DNA of 63,548 nucleotides, counting the filler, from Octopus bimaculoides (Eukaryota), in NCBI RefSeq assembly GCF_001194135.2. It is 5 parts of 5 records of this genome, joined end to end, with 100 filler letters (N's around TTAATTAATTAA, not from the genome) between each part and the next. Parts side by side here need not be neighbours in the genome. Positions count along the whole stretch, not along the records: positions 1 to 15,497 come from NC_068993.1; positions 15,598 to 28,003 come from NC_068995.1; 3 more parts are not named here. One strand, 5' to 3'. The notes beneath the pieces are model-generated. The model searched no databases, was not told the origin of the DNA, and worked only from the letters and a program-made list of their open reading frames with translations. The position numbers and the translations under genes were made by a program. Position 1 is the stretch's first letter, and the number at the start of each line of letters is the position of its first letter. Positions 14,238-28,003 of the stretch are shown piece after piece.

Positions 14238-14933
14238 AGACACACTCACACATAAATATTTATAGATGCAGCTATAGAAGCATTATATATATATGTGCAT
14301 ATATGGACAGACATATACACATATATATTCTTTAGAAGTGCATGTGTTGACTTTTACTATCACATTAACTTTTGTAGAGTTCCACTGTTCAGCTACAAAC
14401 TATTGAATAATATTCAAATTCCTTTGTTCTCGTCTTGAACTTATGGAGTTACTGAAGAATATAAAATTTGGTCTGCTGAAGAAATAAGGTATAAGGAGAC
14501 TTAAAGAGAGTTCATTCATAAAAGTTTCTATGAGTTTTTATAGCAGATTAGGTTCAATAAAGGTCAAGTTGAAGTTAAACTAATGTCTAGTGTTTAGTAG
14601 TAGATTTCGTTTTATAGCTAGGCCTGCGTGTGTATTGCATCTATGTGCTTTCGTGTGTGTGTATGTATGTATTTATGTATACACACACACACACATATAT
14701 ATATATATACAGAGAGAAAGATGTATGTGTATATATCTGCACACATATAGACATGACTGGCAGCTACGCAGTTTCTGTCATCCAAGTTCACTCTGATGGC
14801 ATTTGTCAGCCTGAAGACATTTGCCTAAGTTGCCACGCAGTGAGACTGAACCCGAAACATGTGTCTGAGAAGCTTTTTAACCACACAACCACAACTGCTG
14901 TGTATATATGTGTATATACACAATGTGTGTGTG

Positions 14934-14973
<40 letters not shown>

Positions 14974-15006
14974 CATACATATATATATATCCATGTATAT
15001 ATCTAT

Positions 15007-15040
<34 letters not shown>

Positions 15041-15541
15041 ATTGTAATATATATATTACATATATATATATAATATATTACATTCTCGGAGTGGTTAGCA
15101 TTAGGAAGGGCATCCAGCTGTAGAAACTCTGCCAGACCAGATTGGAGCCTGGTGCAGCCACTGGCTCTCCAGACCTCAATCAGACCATCCAACCCATGCC
15201 AGCATGGAAAACGGACGTTAATCGATGATGATGATATATATATATATAAGCCTTTTTAAAAGTTTATAGAAATCCACATTTTCCATTTTTTTGTAAAGAT
15301 TTTTACATCAATGGAATTTTCTCGATGTGAACTTTCCAGTGCAGTAATTAGATTTTTAAAATTCCGTTTACTTTGTGTGATTTAAGGGAGATTTGGCTGT
15401 TGTTTCTAGCAACTTTTATATTTCTTCCCTTCTACCTGGAACAGCGTTCTTACACACGCGCTCAACAGAGAGAGAAAGTGATACGTACAACGTCATANNN
15501 NNNNNNNNNNNNNNNNNNNNNNNNNNNNNNNNNNNNNNNNN

Positions 15542-15553
15542 TTAATTAATTAA
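15542..15553. other. Assembly linker TTAATTAATTAA embedded in N gap (also 28048-28059, 54965-54976, 62294-62305)
   Basis: Identical palindromic 12-mer, always centred between two N runs. Confidence 0.9.
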
Positions 15554-17614
15554 NNNNNNNNNNNNNNNNNNNNNNNNNNNNNNNNNNNNNNNNNNNNCCC
15601 CCCCCCCCACCTTTCTTTATCTCAAAATACTCAGTCTTAATTACCTCACTAATAATAATTAGTCTTCAACAACAACAACTGTCTCTGTGTTTAATCAAAG
15701 ATTATTGTTGTTTGCAACAACAAAAATATTTCTTCCGAAGGTCGTTGATTGGCAGAACCGGTAAGCGTTGGACCAAAAATGCCTTTTACGGTATCTAGTT
15801 AATGTTTCTGGGTCGACTTTGCATGTTACCCGCGGGTGTTGGTCGTTAAACTATCAACCTAGTACTGGGGTAGATTTAAGAGTATCCAACCCCGCCTCCA
15901 GTGTGAGGACTCCCACATTAAGAAAAAGTTTGTTTCTTCACAGATTGAAGTTATTTCTCTCTCTATATATAGACATTGGATGTGATCACTTTATGAAATT
16001 TACTGGGACACTTGGCTGAGCACATATAACGGGTAGCTGTGTGTGTGTGTGTTCATATATTTTTACACACACACACACACAATTGTTTCGTGCGACTAAA
16101 CAATATGAATCATCAGCAGTAGGACAAATGTACTCTATTACATGGATTGAGTGCGCTTTCTGCTGTTTGTACCTACCAACATGTTTATGTGTATAAACTG
16201 TGCTCGTGCCTACCCGACTTCGTGCCTGTATTACGAAGCAGTTTTATTTATATATATACATACCATCTTTTTGGTTGTTGTTTTACTCTTGAATCTACCT
16301 GTTTTCTTTTCCTATATTTGGTGTGTGTGTGCGTGTGTATCTGCTTGCTTACCTGCTTCTGTGTGTGTATTTTCTAACTGTATCTTTGTTTTGGTCTCGT
16401 ATTTTGGTTCATCACGCTACTTTATTTGGCTACACACACATGCACACACACACACACACACACAAACAGCCTGGTGCAGTCTTCTGGCTTGCCAGCGCTT
16501 GTCAAACCGTCCAACCCATGCCAGCATGGAAAACGGACATTAAATGATAATCCTGGTATATATAATGAGTGTGTGTATCTATGAATCTCAGCTATTTCCA
16601 ATATTGTTTCAATATTATTTTGGCTATATTTCCGTTGTTATTATATTAATCCCTTACACAACAATATACCTTGAATCTGCACTCACCACCGGTTTTCACC
16701 TATAGCTAATGCCCTTGGGAAGTTGCTTGTTCTAATTCTTTTTTTACTCATCCTGCTCCCCCTTTGATGTGAATGAATGTGAGGCTTTGCACCTAATTAA
16801 AAGTAACCAGTTATTTAACCACACACACACTCACTGTCCTTTTAGCGTTTACATCCATTTAGCTATTTGTGGTATGAGTAGAGGGTGGAGGGGTAAGATT
16901 AATCCCAGCCAGGTTTTTATTTTTTATATTAAAAACAAATTTTTTTACTGCAGTTCACTCACTGGGGGAGATTGGGAAAGTTATATGTAGACTTCATTCT
17001 CACTCTGTTGTACTCTCCTCTCACTTCACCTGTAATTAAGTAAATCTTACCTGTAAAAGTATATAAATACTGTAGTATTAATCTACCCTGCTATACCTGG
17101 ACACTTTATTTGACTTTAATTACTTTAATCCAACCCCAAGGAGGGTCCTCACTGGACATGCACATAGTGAGCCCTGTAGATTATTAATTAGTTCAACTAC
17201 TCCTTCACATAAAGGAAAGAAAAATAAGCAAAAACTCCTTGAGCTCTGAATCTTAATGTGTTCAAAGAGGATGTTGAAATTGGAGTAAAACCCTTTAAAA
17301 GATTAGCCAAAACAATGGTAATATATCTGAGAAACTATAATATTTACTTCCTCCAATGTATTTTAACTATGATTCTGTTAATTCTTGAATGCGTTATATA
17401 ATTTCTGTTTCCATGTGGAAGTGTGAAGTGCTTAATACTTTACTGCTGGGAGTGTGTAATCTATTAAAATTGCATGTTGATAAACTAGATTTCTTTTCAC
17501 TTAAAAGATTCATGCAGTTAATGTTCATCAACCTTTAAGAAAATAGTCTGATTAATCAGCCTTTGGTCCCACTACTGGGTTACATATATAGGGTGTGGAT
17601 GTTTGTATGTATGC

Positions 17615-17650
<36 letters not shown>

Positions 17651-19059
17651 AAGGTTGATCTCAAAATGGTAAGCTTTACGAAGTAGATGATAGGACAGTT
17701 GTGTGGTGCATTGCTGTACTAAAGAAGACCCATCTACCACAGAAGAATTGAAATTCTAAAACCAAGGTGCCATATGAAAAGCACTGGTGATGGTGCCACG
17801 TAAAAAGCGCCCAGTACACTCTGTAAAGTGGTTAGCATTAGGAAGGGCATCCAGCTGTAAAAACAGCCAAAACAGACTATGGAACCTGGTGCATCGCCTG
17901 TTGTTGCCGGCTCCTGTCAAGCTGTCCAACCCATGCCAGCATGGACAACATGTTAAATGATGATACATATGTGGATAAAAAAAGAATGTTTTAGAAAATT
18001 TTTTTTTCTTTTTCTCGGAATTTAATCATATTAATTGAGCACGAGCATGTCTGAGTATGTATATTATGTGTGTGTGTCAGCTGTTAGGCGCTGAAACCAT
18101 ACTGAATTGGTCCCTCCACTTTGGACAAATTAAAAGCGTCCCATTCTCCCATAGTGGTACCATTTATGGTGGGAGACCTTGCTGGATATGGGGCGATATG
18201 GCTAGGATGTCTTGGGAGCTTTGGCTCATCCATTATAGCATCCATTCACTGAGGGTGCCTTCTTCATGTTTGAGGCTGACCTGAGATGTATTATTATTTC
18301 TGGGTGATCCTACTTGTGTTTCCATGTACCAAACTGTGCTCCCTGTCTTTAGGGATTACAGGGTGTGTCTGCCTTCCCCTATTGCTAAGGGGTGGCCTGG
18401 TGGATTCTGTCATACCCAATTGGCATGTGTCACACCAGGCTGAGACGCGAGGTTTAGTGCACCCTTACAGTCACATCATCTGTACGGGTGGTTCGCATTG
18501 GCTATTTGGGGGTGGCTACATGGTCAGTTGTAAATCCTATTGTCCAGCAACCTCAGATGAGGGTCTCTTTTGAAGAATTTAGTGAGTGGGGTGGGGAATA
18601 GTTTTAGAATTTTATAAGCTTCATCAATGAATCCTGGTGCCACATCAGATGCATCTGGCATTGAAACTACAGATACAACAAGTAAAATGGACAAAGATGA
18701 TGCTTACATGAGAAGAAAACATTTAAGCAAAGCAATACATGAAATATGTTAGAAATTCATTGCAGAGAATGTTTTGTTAGTCTTAAAACCAAACAAAATA
18801 TATATCAATACAAGGTACTTCCTGCCCAACAAAAAATCCCCTAATGATTATAGATAACCTTTATATTCAGAGTTTTTTTTCTTTTTTTTTAATAATCCAA
18901 TTTTCATCAAATATTTTTATCTATTACAATAAGAAAAGATTACAACAAATTTTTTTGCAGAAATTACATAAAAAATTGGATTAAGCCCTTTGGCTTTGGT
19001 TTTTTTTTTTTATTATTTTTTATAGCAATCGCTGTTAAATCTCATTAGTTGTTGTTTAA

Positions 19060-20359
19060 CCCTTTAACATTCAAGCTGGCCATATCCAGCCAAGACATTT
19101 AACCTGTTTTTTTTTTAAACTGGTCAAATCAGCTTCTCACCTCAATTCTACAGTGTCATTCTGAAACTAAACAGTCACATCATTGTAATCTCAAAGCTAC
19201 AAGATAATGCAGGATTAATTCAAAACAATATAAATAAGCAAACATTATATTTGATGGTAATACGAACACTAAAAGGTTAATCACAAGTCGGCCATGATAG
19301 AACAGATTAATGGTTAAAAGCATTCCGCCTATCACTATCCAGTCTGTGATTCAGACAGAGGAAAGAACATAGAAAGGGCTGCGTTACATGGTTCTTTGTT
19401 TGATCTCCACTCCTCTTCAAATAAATATCCTTAACTTAGTAAAGTTGAAGTACAGTTGTTAGAAAATTTGAACACTTGTTCTGTGTAACCAATAGAAATT
19501 GGCAGAATTGGAACATCAAATGAAATACTGTAATCAATTAGTATACCCAGAATAACTGCATTCCACTGAGTGAAACTCGTAAAATAATTTTTTTATTGGT
19601 TTCCTACTATTTAGTCCACTTTTACTTAACCCGTTACCTCCCATAATTCTATTAACTGGAATTTTTTTTTATGAAACTTTGATTTCTAGCATAAAACAGC
19701 CTTAGAAACACGCTTGAATGATCAAAATAACATTTTAAATAGAAATAAGCAAGATATTGGGTGAAAAATTAGCAAACCTCATTTGAATATCAGAGAAATA
19801 TACCTAGTAGATATAGCAAAAAGGTTAGATATGTGTAAATATTGACAGATAATTACGAAATTTGTAATTTTTAATTGATCTCGTATGAGATCACTGGTAG
19901 GTAATGGGTTAAGTCTCAATATTTTAACCCTTTCATTGCCATATTTCTGTTGAGACACATTGCTTTTATTTCAATTAATCTTAAGAATACTAAAGAATTT
20001 ATTAAAATGACTTTATCATTAATTAAACTGGTGTGTAGAAGGTGCATTAGCATGGAATTTTGATGGAATGTTTTAATTTAGGCCACCTTAAAACGGAATT
20101 TGTTTCGTCAACCCTTCAGCATTCAGATTATTTTCTCAGATGTAATGCTTATTTATTCATTGTTTTAAATTAATCATGTATTATCTTGTAGCTTTGAGAT
20201 TTCAATGATGCTATTGTATATTTTTAGCATGACATAATTGGCTAGGTGTGAGAGGCCATATCGTTCCAGTCTGAACATAAAACAGGTAGAATATTTGGGT
20301 CAGATATGACTGGTTTAAATGCTAAAAGCTTAAGCCAAGGGTCATATCAAAAGGATTAA
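19060..20359. mobile_element. Cluster of four TTAA-flanked MITEs, one nested
   Basis: 19060-19276; 19630-19908 (TTAA-CCCGTTACCT...AGGTAATGGG-TTAA); 19928-20355 interrupted by another family at about 20112-20329. Confidence 0.75.
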
Positions 20360-21749
20360 CTGTCATTTCAATTTCTTTCATCCATATTTATCGTGAATAG
20401 ACTCAATCTATATTTGTCACTAATATACAACCTAACAAACTCAAAGAAATTTCAGGCCAATTTTGAATTTTCTTTATTAAAAACCTGCATTTACTTCATT
20501 TGCATGGCTCTTCTCTAAATGATTTGACTATTCAGGTTATCTATCTCTTCTTAGGCTGCATTAATGAGCTCATTAGCTCGTTCCTCTTCCCAGTAATTGT
20601 ATTGTAATTTATGGACAATACTTTAGAAATTCTCTTCAATGTCTGCCACTTTCACTCATCTCCATAAAGTGTGGTCAATGGCCTCCTCTTCAAAAATACC
20701 ATTTGAGCTAATTGGTTGAGAATATCACATTGTGATGTAAAGCATTGCTGACAAATAGGTTTTGTTATGTCATTGTCTGGAAGGATGAGATGATTGGGTG
20801 TGGAGTAGCAGGAGGAGGCAGTGCTTATAAGGATGCAGCCTTGTTTCTGTCTTAACATTTTGTCAGCTGTAACCAATAATCTTCATAAATTTGCAAGTCA
20901 ATCCCATCGTTCTAATATCTTGGAGAACAGTCAAGAACAGAACCACAGAAAGGACCCAGCTTTCATTAATTTCATCTCTTCTACCGGCTGAGACCTACTG
21001 GTGCCCAGGAGTGACTTTTACTGTGAACTAATTCCCACTGTGTCATTCTTTGGGGTAACTTCAATCCCAAAGCCTTTTCAAAAATTGGGGCTATTCTCAT
21101 TGAAAAATATTTTTATGTCTATAAATATCCTATGATTTATCCAGGACTGAATGGATCCGTTCTGTAAATTTCCTAGAATCATTTGATGACATCAGTTCAA
21201 GACAGTCATTGATGCTTTAAATTGTTGCTATTGGTTTTTACGTCTACTTTTGGCAAATTCTTTGGAAACACTTTCTGTGAAGAAATCTTCAGGTTTCTCC
21301 ACCATCAAAACTCATTCCGTTCTCAGATAAACGACCTGGCTTCATGGACCGAACTTTTGTCATGGTTTTTGAAACAAAAAGACAGAAACAATGTTTGTAA
21401 TTACACTCTATTTTACTTAAACACAAATGGTGTTCTCCTAGAACCCTCCCACTTGCACCAAATATTGGACCTCACTATTACTGAAGATCATCCTTAACAT
21501 AGCTAGGACTGCATCCCAAGGCCTAACCCTTCCATACAGGCTCAGAAATTAATCTAGCTGACACTCTACAAAACTCAAATGAGGTTCACATTGGAGGAAG
21601 GCAGACATTGATGATGTAGTTCAAGTATTAGATGTATAGGAAGATGCTTGCATCCTTCACATCATTTGGCTGTATTTACCAATAACAAAACTGAATTCTC
21701 TGACCCCCATGGGATCATACTGTGTGCCAAGAACTACATTAGTTGTTCA

Positions 21750-22198
21750 TTAACCCTTTAGCGTTCAGATCACTGAAGCATCATTACATTCGACACATTA
21801 CTTTGTCAAACGTAATGCTTATTTATTCACATTGTTTTGAATCCATCATGTTGCAGCTTTGTGATTGCTAATTTTTGAAGGGACATTGTAGGGTAGGAGT
21901 GAGTGGCCAGATCTGGCTGTCAGTTTTAACATAAAACAGATTAGAATATCTGAGCTAGATATGGTCTGTTTAACCCTTTAGCATTCAAATTATTCTGTCT
22001 GATATCATGCTTGTTTATTCACATTCTTTTGAATTACTTATGCATTATCTTTTTCTGTTGAGATTTCGATAATATGCTTGTATATTTTTTAATATAACAT
22101 TGTAGGGTAGGTGTGAAAGGCTGAATATGGCCAGTCTGTACATAAAACAGGTACAATACTGGGGCTCGATATGGCTGGTTTTAATGCTAACGGGTTAA
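21750..22198 (+). mobile_element. Two tandem TTAA-flanked MITEs
   Basis: Second copy 21974-22194: TTAA-CCCTTTAGCATT...AATGCTAACGGG-TTAA; same family at about 5405-5620 and 24790-24940. Confidence 0.8.
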
Positions 22199-23503
22199 AC
22201 TTATTTCTTTGTTTTCTCCTTGTATTTCTTGTAGTTCTCCATTACTTTGATATATTAACACTAACTTGTCTTTTTAAGAACTGATGATGGTCCCTCCTCC
22301 TCCTTCTCCTCCTCTTGGTTTCAACAATGACTTTTTCAGTTCAGCTGAAATTAACATGTTAGTGGCTGAGTACTCCACTGATCTGTGTACCCTTAATGCA
22401 ATTCTCAGGTTAAATCAGAGTGATACAATGATAGTAGAACCCAGAATGAAGAAAGAATCTCTTCTGTTGGTTCTTTTAATTAGCAACTCCTGAGAGAGTG
22501 AAAAAGACTTGCCCTGGCAGGATTTGAACTCACAGTATAGAGATAATTTATTTTTCTTCTTTAGCAAGGGAAATTGGTCATCTGGACTTAATCTACAGCA
22601 ATATATATACTGGTTCATTTTATATACACACAATTATACACAAACTTCTGTATACAGGAAGAATGTTTTTATCAGAAATATCACAGTGATTATATACATT
22701 TAGTAAATATAGTTGTGGTTATATAAATCATATCTATGTATATCTTAGTTTTTAGAATATATATNNNNNNNNNNNNNNNNNNNNNNNNNNNNNNNNNNNN
22801 NNNNNNNNNNNNNNNNNNNNNNNNNNNNNNNNNNNNNNNNNNNNNNNNNNNNNNNNNNNNNNNNNNNNNNNNNNNNNNNNNNNNNNNNNNNNNNNNNNNN
22901 NNNNNNNNNNNNNNNNNNNNNNNNNNNNNNNNNNNNNNNNNNNNNNNNNNNNNNNNNNNNNNNNNNNNNNNNNNNNNNNNNNNNNNNNNNNNNNNNNNNN
23001 NNNNNNNNNNNNNNNNNNNNNNNNNNNNNNNNNNNNNNNNNNNNNNNNNNNNNNNNNNNNNNNNNNNNNNNNNNNNNNNNNNNNNNNNNNNNNNNNNNNN
23101 NNNNNNNNNNNNNNNNNNNNNNNNNNNNNNNNNNNNNNNNNNNNNNNNNNNNNNNNNNNNNNNNNNNNNNNNNNNNNNNNNNNNNNNNNNNNNNNNNNNN
23201 NNNNNNNNNNNNNNNNNNNNNNNNNNNNNNNNNNNNNNNNNNNNNNNNNNNNNNNNNNNNNNNNNNNNNNNNNNNNNNNNNNNNNNNNNNNNNNNNNNNN
23301 NNNNNNNNNNNNNNNNNNNNNNNNNNNNNNNNNNNNNNNNNNNNNNNNNNNNNNNNNNNNNNNNNNNNNNNNNNNNNNNNNNNNNNNNNNNNNNNNNNNN
23401 NNNNNNNNNNNNNNNNNNNNNNNNNNNNNNNNNNNNNNNNNNNNNNNNNNNNNNNNNNNNNNNNNNNNNNNNNNNNNNNNNNNNNNNNNNNNNNNNNNNN
23501 NNN

Positions 23504-23538
<35 letters not shown>

Positions 23539-23910
23539 AACACTGTATGTGTGTGTCTGTGTGTAAAGACCTATCGAATAAACTGCACCTTGCTTGGAAA
23601 GTAAAGGTTGTTGACAAGAAAAGTATCTAACTATAAACTCTAAGTTTTGCCTTAGCCATGCCAACAGGAGGCAAATGGATGTAAAAGTAATATAAACGTG
23701 GACAGACACACATACACACACACACATGCTGCTACCTTCAGTTCAGGGGAATTTTTAAACACTTCTGGTGTATTTGTGTGTGTGTATAATAAGAAAGAAG
23801 ACATTAGTTGATGAACTCCAAACTACCAGACTCAACAATTGCCAATAATGAGTTGTTTATTTATATATGTTTTTATAACATTCAAGTTAAATCCTTTCTG
23901 TAATAAGTAC

Positions 23911-24135
23911 CGGTTATGTTTTTAGGGTTGTTTAGATTGATGTCTCCTCTAAACAATTTGTGGTTTTTGTCCTGCTGTATGTCCATTAGATTTTGTCCAT
24001 GAGATTGTCATGTGGTGACAAATTTATCGTCAAAGTTGACTCTAGCTGATTCTTCCAATTCAGAATGCATATGTTTGAATTGGAGTCTTGCCAGGTTTGA
24101 CTTTATTTTGTCCTGTTCCAGAAAAACAACAGCAG
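23911..24135 (-). pseudogene. Exon-like 225-bp segment with one in-frame TGA
   Basis: cag|CT GCT...ACC G|gtactt, phase 1-1; AVVFLEQDKIKSNLARLQFKHMHSELEESARVNFDDKFVTT*QSHGQNLMDIQQDKNHKLFRGDINLNNPKNIT (TGA at 24010-24008). Confidence 0.35.
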
Positions 24136-24944
24136 CTGTAATAATACTACTACTAATAATAATATGGTATGAAAAATTTGGCTACGGCAAATATTCTGTT
24201 CAGTACCACAGACTTGTTTGTCAGTTGTTTGACCTTAACCAGTTGAGCATGTCCCTTGATGGCCGACGATATGTGCATCTCTGATCATGAGCAGAAGTAG
24301 TGGGGGAGCATCATAGCCATGTGTTGAGAGGAATTCTTTGGGGATTTAAATAATTCACCACTGGAAACATGGGTATTTCATTCAACGTCTCTAACCCTTA
24401 TTCAGGGTCCTTTTGAGTGAGATGGGCTACTTGAGCTGAAGAAAATTCTAACTGGACCCCACCTGCAAGGTCATGCACTGTTTGTCTTGATATGAGATCA
24501 TCATGTCATACACACATGGTTGGGATGCATGTACCAAGTGTACTCTTATCAGATGGTTAGTCATGATGAGTATATTGGGCTTTGTATTTTTGTATCCCAG
24601 TGTTATTTTGATGGCATGCATTGCTCTCTCATGCAGTAATAATAATAATAATGTTTTATAAATTTTGGCACCAGACTTCAGATTGGTAAAGAGGAGGAAT
24701 TTGTAATAGCCTGAAGGATAGAAGTTTACAAGATTTGAACTTCAAATATAAGTTAAAGTTGGTTTATTTGCCGATACCATGGTTTAACAATTTTTTAACA
24801 TTTGCATTATTCTATCAAAATTAATGCTTTTTTTTTTTTTTTTTATATTCACATTTGTTTTGATTTAATCATGCATTAATTTGTAGCTGTGAGATTTCAA
24901 TGAGGGAACTGTTAATTTTTTAGAATGATATTGTAGGGTTGAAG

Positions 24945-25175
24945 GTGGCAAGCTGACTGAAACATTAGCACACCAGGTGAAATGCTTCGTGGTATTTCAT
25001 CTGTCTTTACGTTCCAAGTTCAAATTCCGCCGAGGTCAACTTTGCCTTTCATCCTTTTTTTTTGGGGGGGGGGGGTCAATAAATTAAGTACCAATTGCGC
25101 ATTGGGGTCGATTTAATCGACTGGACCCCTCCCCAAAAATTTCGAGCCTTATGCCTAGAGTAAAAAGGATATTGC
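24945..25175 (+). mobile_element. Nin/Deu-type SINE inserted into a TTAA MITE
   Basis: SINE body flanked by MITE sequence that resumes at about 25180 (tggtgtgagaggccagatctggcc). Confidence 0.7.
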
Positions 25176-27058
25176 AGCATTGGTGTGAGAGGCCAGATCT
25201 GGCCATTTTGAACATAAAACAAGTAGAATATTATGATTGGTTTAAGCCAAATTAATTCACTCAGGAAAAATAGTAAACTGATGGTATGTGCTAACAATAA
25301 TTTATTTTTTTCAACCTTTTGTCTCGTTTCTCATCAGTTTATCCATACTTTTTCTTAAGAATTTTATTTTCACATCAGGTGAACTTTCAACAAGAGATAT
25401 TAGTTTTTTTCATTTTTGTCTAATTTCTTGATAAGTAGAAAGCAGATTTAAGCAGACAGTGATGCGACAGCTGTACCAAAAGTAGCAGTTGAGTTACCTC
25501 CAGTTTCTTTTTTGTCCTTTGATTTGGTAAAAAGTCGACAGGGCAGTTTACCTTGTGACTCAAGCTGCCAGAAATTGTAACTAAATCTCCCTCAAATCCC
25601 ATTTTACTGTATTAAAAGTAGGAATAATTTAGCATGAGGAATAGAATACCTGAAAAAATATACAAAATATTGGTTAGAGCTGGGATGTCTTTTACTGTTG
25701 GTCTGTTTGATTGGAGTCAACTTGGAGTTAACCATCATCTTGACACTGTAATGTTACTGATAGATTGGTCTGTTACAGGAAATATTCTGATTGCAAACAG
25801 ATATGTAAATTTAAGTCTCCATCTTTGTTTTTGTGCATATGCACATTATATATATATATATTATGAGATATACTGTGCTTGAGAAGACCTGCCAAGCTAA
25901 GTCCGATTGTAGTCATGGCTGACGCCTGTGTTATATAACTCGCACCTGTACCAGTGGCACATAAAAAGCACCCACTGCACTTTTTGAGTGGTTGGTGTTA
26001 GGAAGGGTGTCCAGCTGTAGGAACCATGCTAAATCTGATTGGTGCAGCTTACGAGTTTTCGGTCAAACCGTCCAACCAATGCCAGGATGGAAAACAGACA
26101 TCAACTGATGATATATCATGTGATCGACCAGACTATGGATATTGTTATACATCACTAGTTACAATGCGCTTTACACTGTTTTAGTTTTCAAATAATGCCA
26201 CCCTGCTGGTTAGTTGAACAGGCCAGCATTCCCTCTGATTAAAAGGCTATTTATTCTGCTGAAGGGTTACCCATTTATAGCTAAGTGAAATGAAGTGTTT
26301 TGCTCAAGAACACAATGTGCAACTCAGTCCCAGAATCAAACCCTCGATCTAGTGATTATGAATGCAACGCCCTAACCACTAGGCCATGCACCTTCACACA
26401 CACACACACACATTGTTTTTTGTATGTCCTAATCCCTATTTTTCATTACAGGATGTTCACATTACAGAAGTGTTGTGTTCCTAAATGTTATGTGAAGTTC
26501 CATAACCTATTTTACCATCAACTCCCATGTTAGCTGCAAGTCAGTGAATATAGAAATTCTTGGGAAATGACATTTCACATTGCAGATCACCATATGAAAG
26601 ACAAGATATTCCTGAACACATTGCTTCTATTTTACAGAAGCATTTACATATCTTAGTCCAGTTTTGTACCTTGAGCTAACCTCACCTCACAACTACACAC
26701 TATGTGAGTGCCATCCTACATCTTTGCCATTCTTTTAGGGTCTCTTTTTTTCTTTTTTTGTCCAGGTATATTCAGTTCCAATCAACAGGTAATTTGTAAA
26801 AATTTTTATTCTGAAGAATTACCATAATTTGGTATAATATAAGATATTACAATTTTGTCTTGTTCATCTGGGTTCCTCAGACCACAACTAATTCCCTTGG
26901 TTTTTCACCTTGTTTTGACTGGTCATTTTGTTTAGTATTTACCTTTAACCCTTTTGATGCCATATTGCTGTCGAAATGTCCCACTTCAGTTTGAATCCTA
27001 TTTTGAAAATAATAACGAAAAATTTAGTAAAATAATTTTGTCAATATTATGTTGGAGT

Positions 27059-27274
27059 AAGATGGTAAACAGGCAGAATCATAAGCATGTCGGACAAAAT
27101 GCTTAGTGGCATTTCATGTCTTTATGTTCTGAGTTCAAATCCCACTGAGGTCATCTTTGCTTCTTATCCTTTCAAGGTTGATAAAATAAGTACCTACCAA
27201 TTAGACACTGGGGTCAATGTAATCGACTTATCCCCTCCCCTTAACTTGCTGGCCTTGTGCCAAAATTTGTAACC
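27059..27274 (+). mobile_element. Nin/Deu-type SINE with 16-bp TSD, inside a TTAA MITE
   Basis: AATATTATGTTGGAGT (27043-58) and AATATTAAGTTGGAGT (27275-90); host MITE begins TTAACCC near 26946. Confidence 0.75.
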
Positions 27275-27604
27275 AATATTAAGTTGGAGTTTGGAACAAA
27301 TTAAATTGGAATTTTGATGAAAAATTTTGAATTTAGACCTCTTTAAAAAGGAGGAAGCTTATANNNNNNNNNNNNNNNNNNNNNNNNNNNNNNNNNNNNN
27401 NNNNNNNNNNNNNNNNNNNNNNNNNNNNNNNNNNNNNNNNNNNNNNNNNNNNNNNNNNNNNNNNNNTCTACTAAAAGTAGCAGGCAAATCTCCCTTGAAT
27501 GCTTTGTCTAAAAAAAATGGAATCTAGAAAGAAAAAAAAAAACGGGATGGAATGATCACAGCTGTTCTTCCAATGATCATTAGATTTGTTTGTCTAACAT
27601 TTAC

Positions 27605-27734
27605 CTCGGGCTAAACAATTGTCTCTTACAGAACAGACTGAACCAACAAATGTGTCTCTACATGATCCATCAACCCACGAGAAGCAACAACCAATCCCTG
27701 TCATACTGGGGTAATCTGGTTTCAGTTACAGTGT
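27605..27734 (-). other. Candidate exon of an unidentified minus-strand (pseudo)gene, possible ATG at 27704
   Basis: Long poly-T + CAG acceptor, GAG|GTAAAT donor; MTGIGCCFSWVDGSCRDTFVGSVCSVRDNCLAR, with an in-frame TAA upstream. Confidence 0.35.
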
Positions 27735-27932
27735 CTGAAAAAAAAAAAAAAAAAAACATCAGGGAAATAGGGATTCAAACTAGCTGGCCATGGCTGGAAC
27801 ATCTTTATCAATCATAGGTCTCTTTGATCAGTGCTGGCCCGGGGCTAAAATAACCACCTGCAAGTACTATACGACTTTTCTGTATTAGCCTGAAAAATAC
27901 ACCACAAAGCCATTTTCACTATATACATATAT

Positions 27933-28003
<71 letters not shown>

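Noticed and set aside
15542-15553. Recurrent palindrome TTAATTAATTAA
   Set aside because: Always inside N gaps; an assembly or library linker, not biology.
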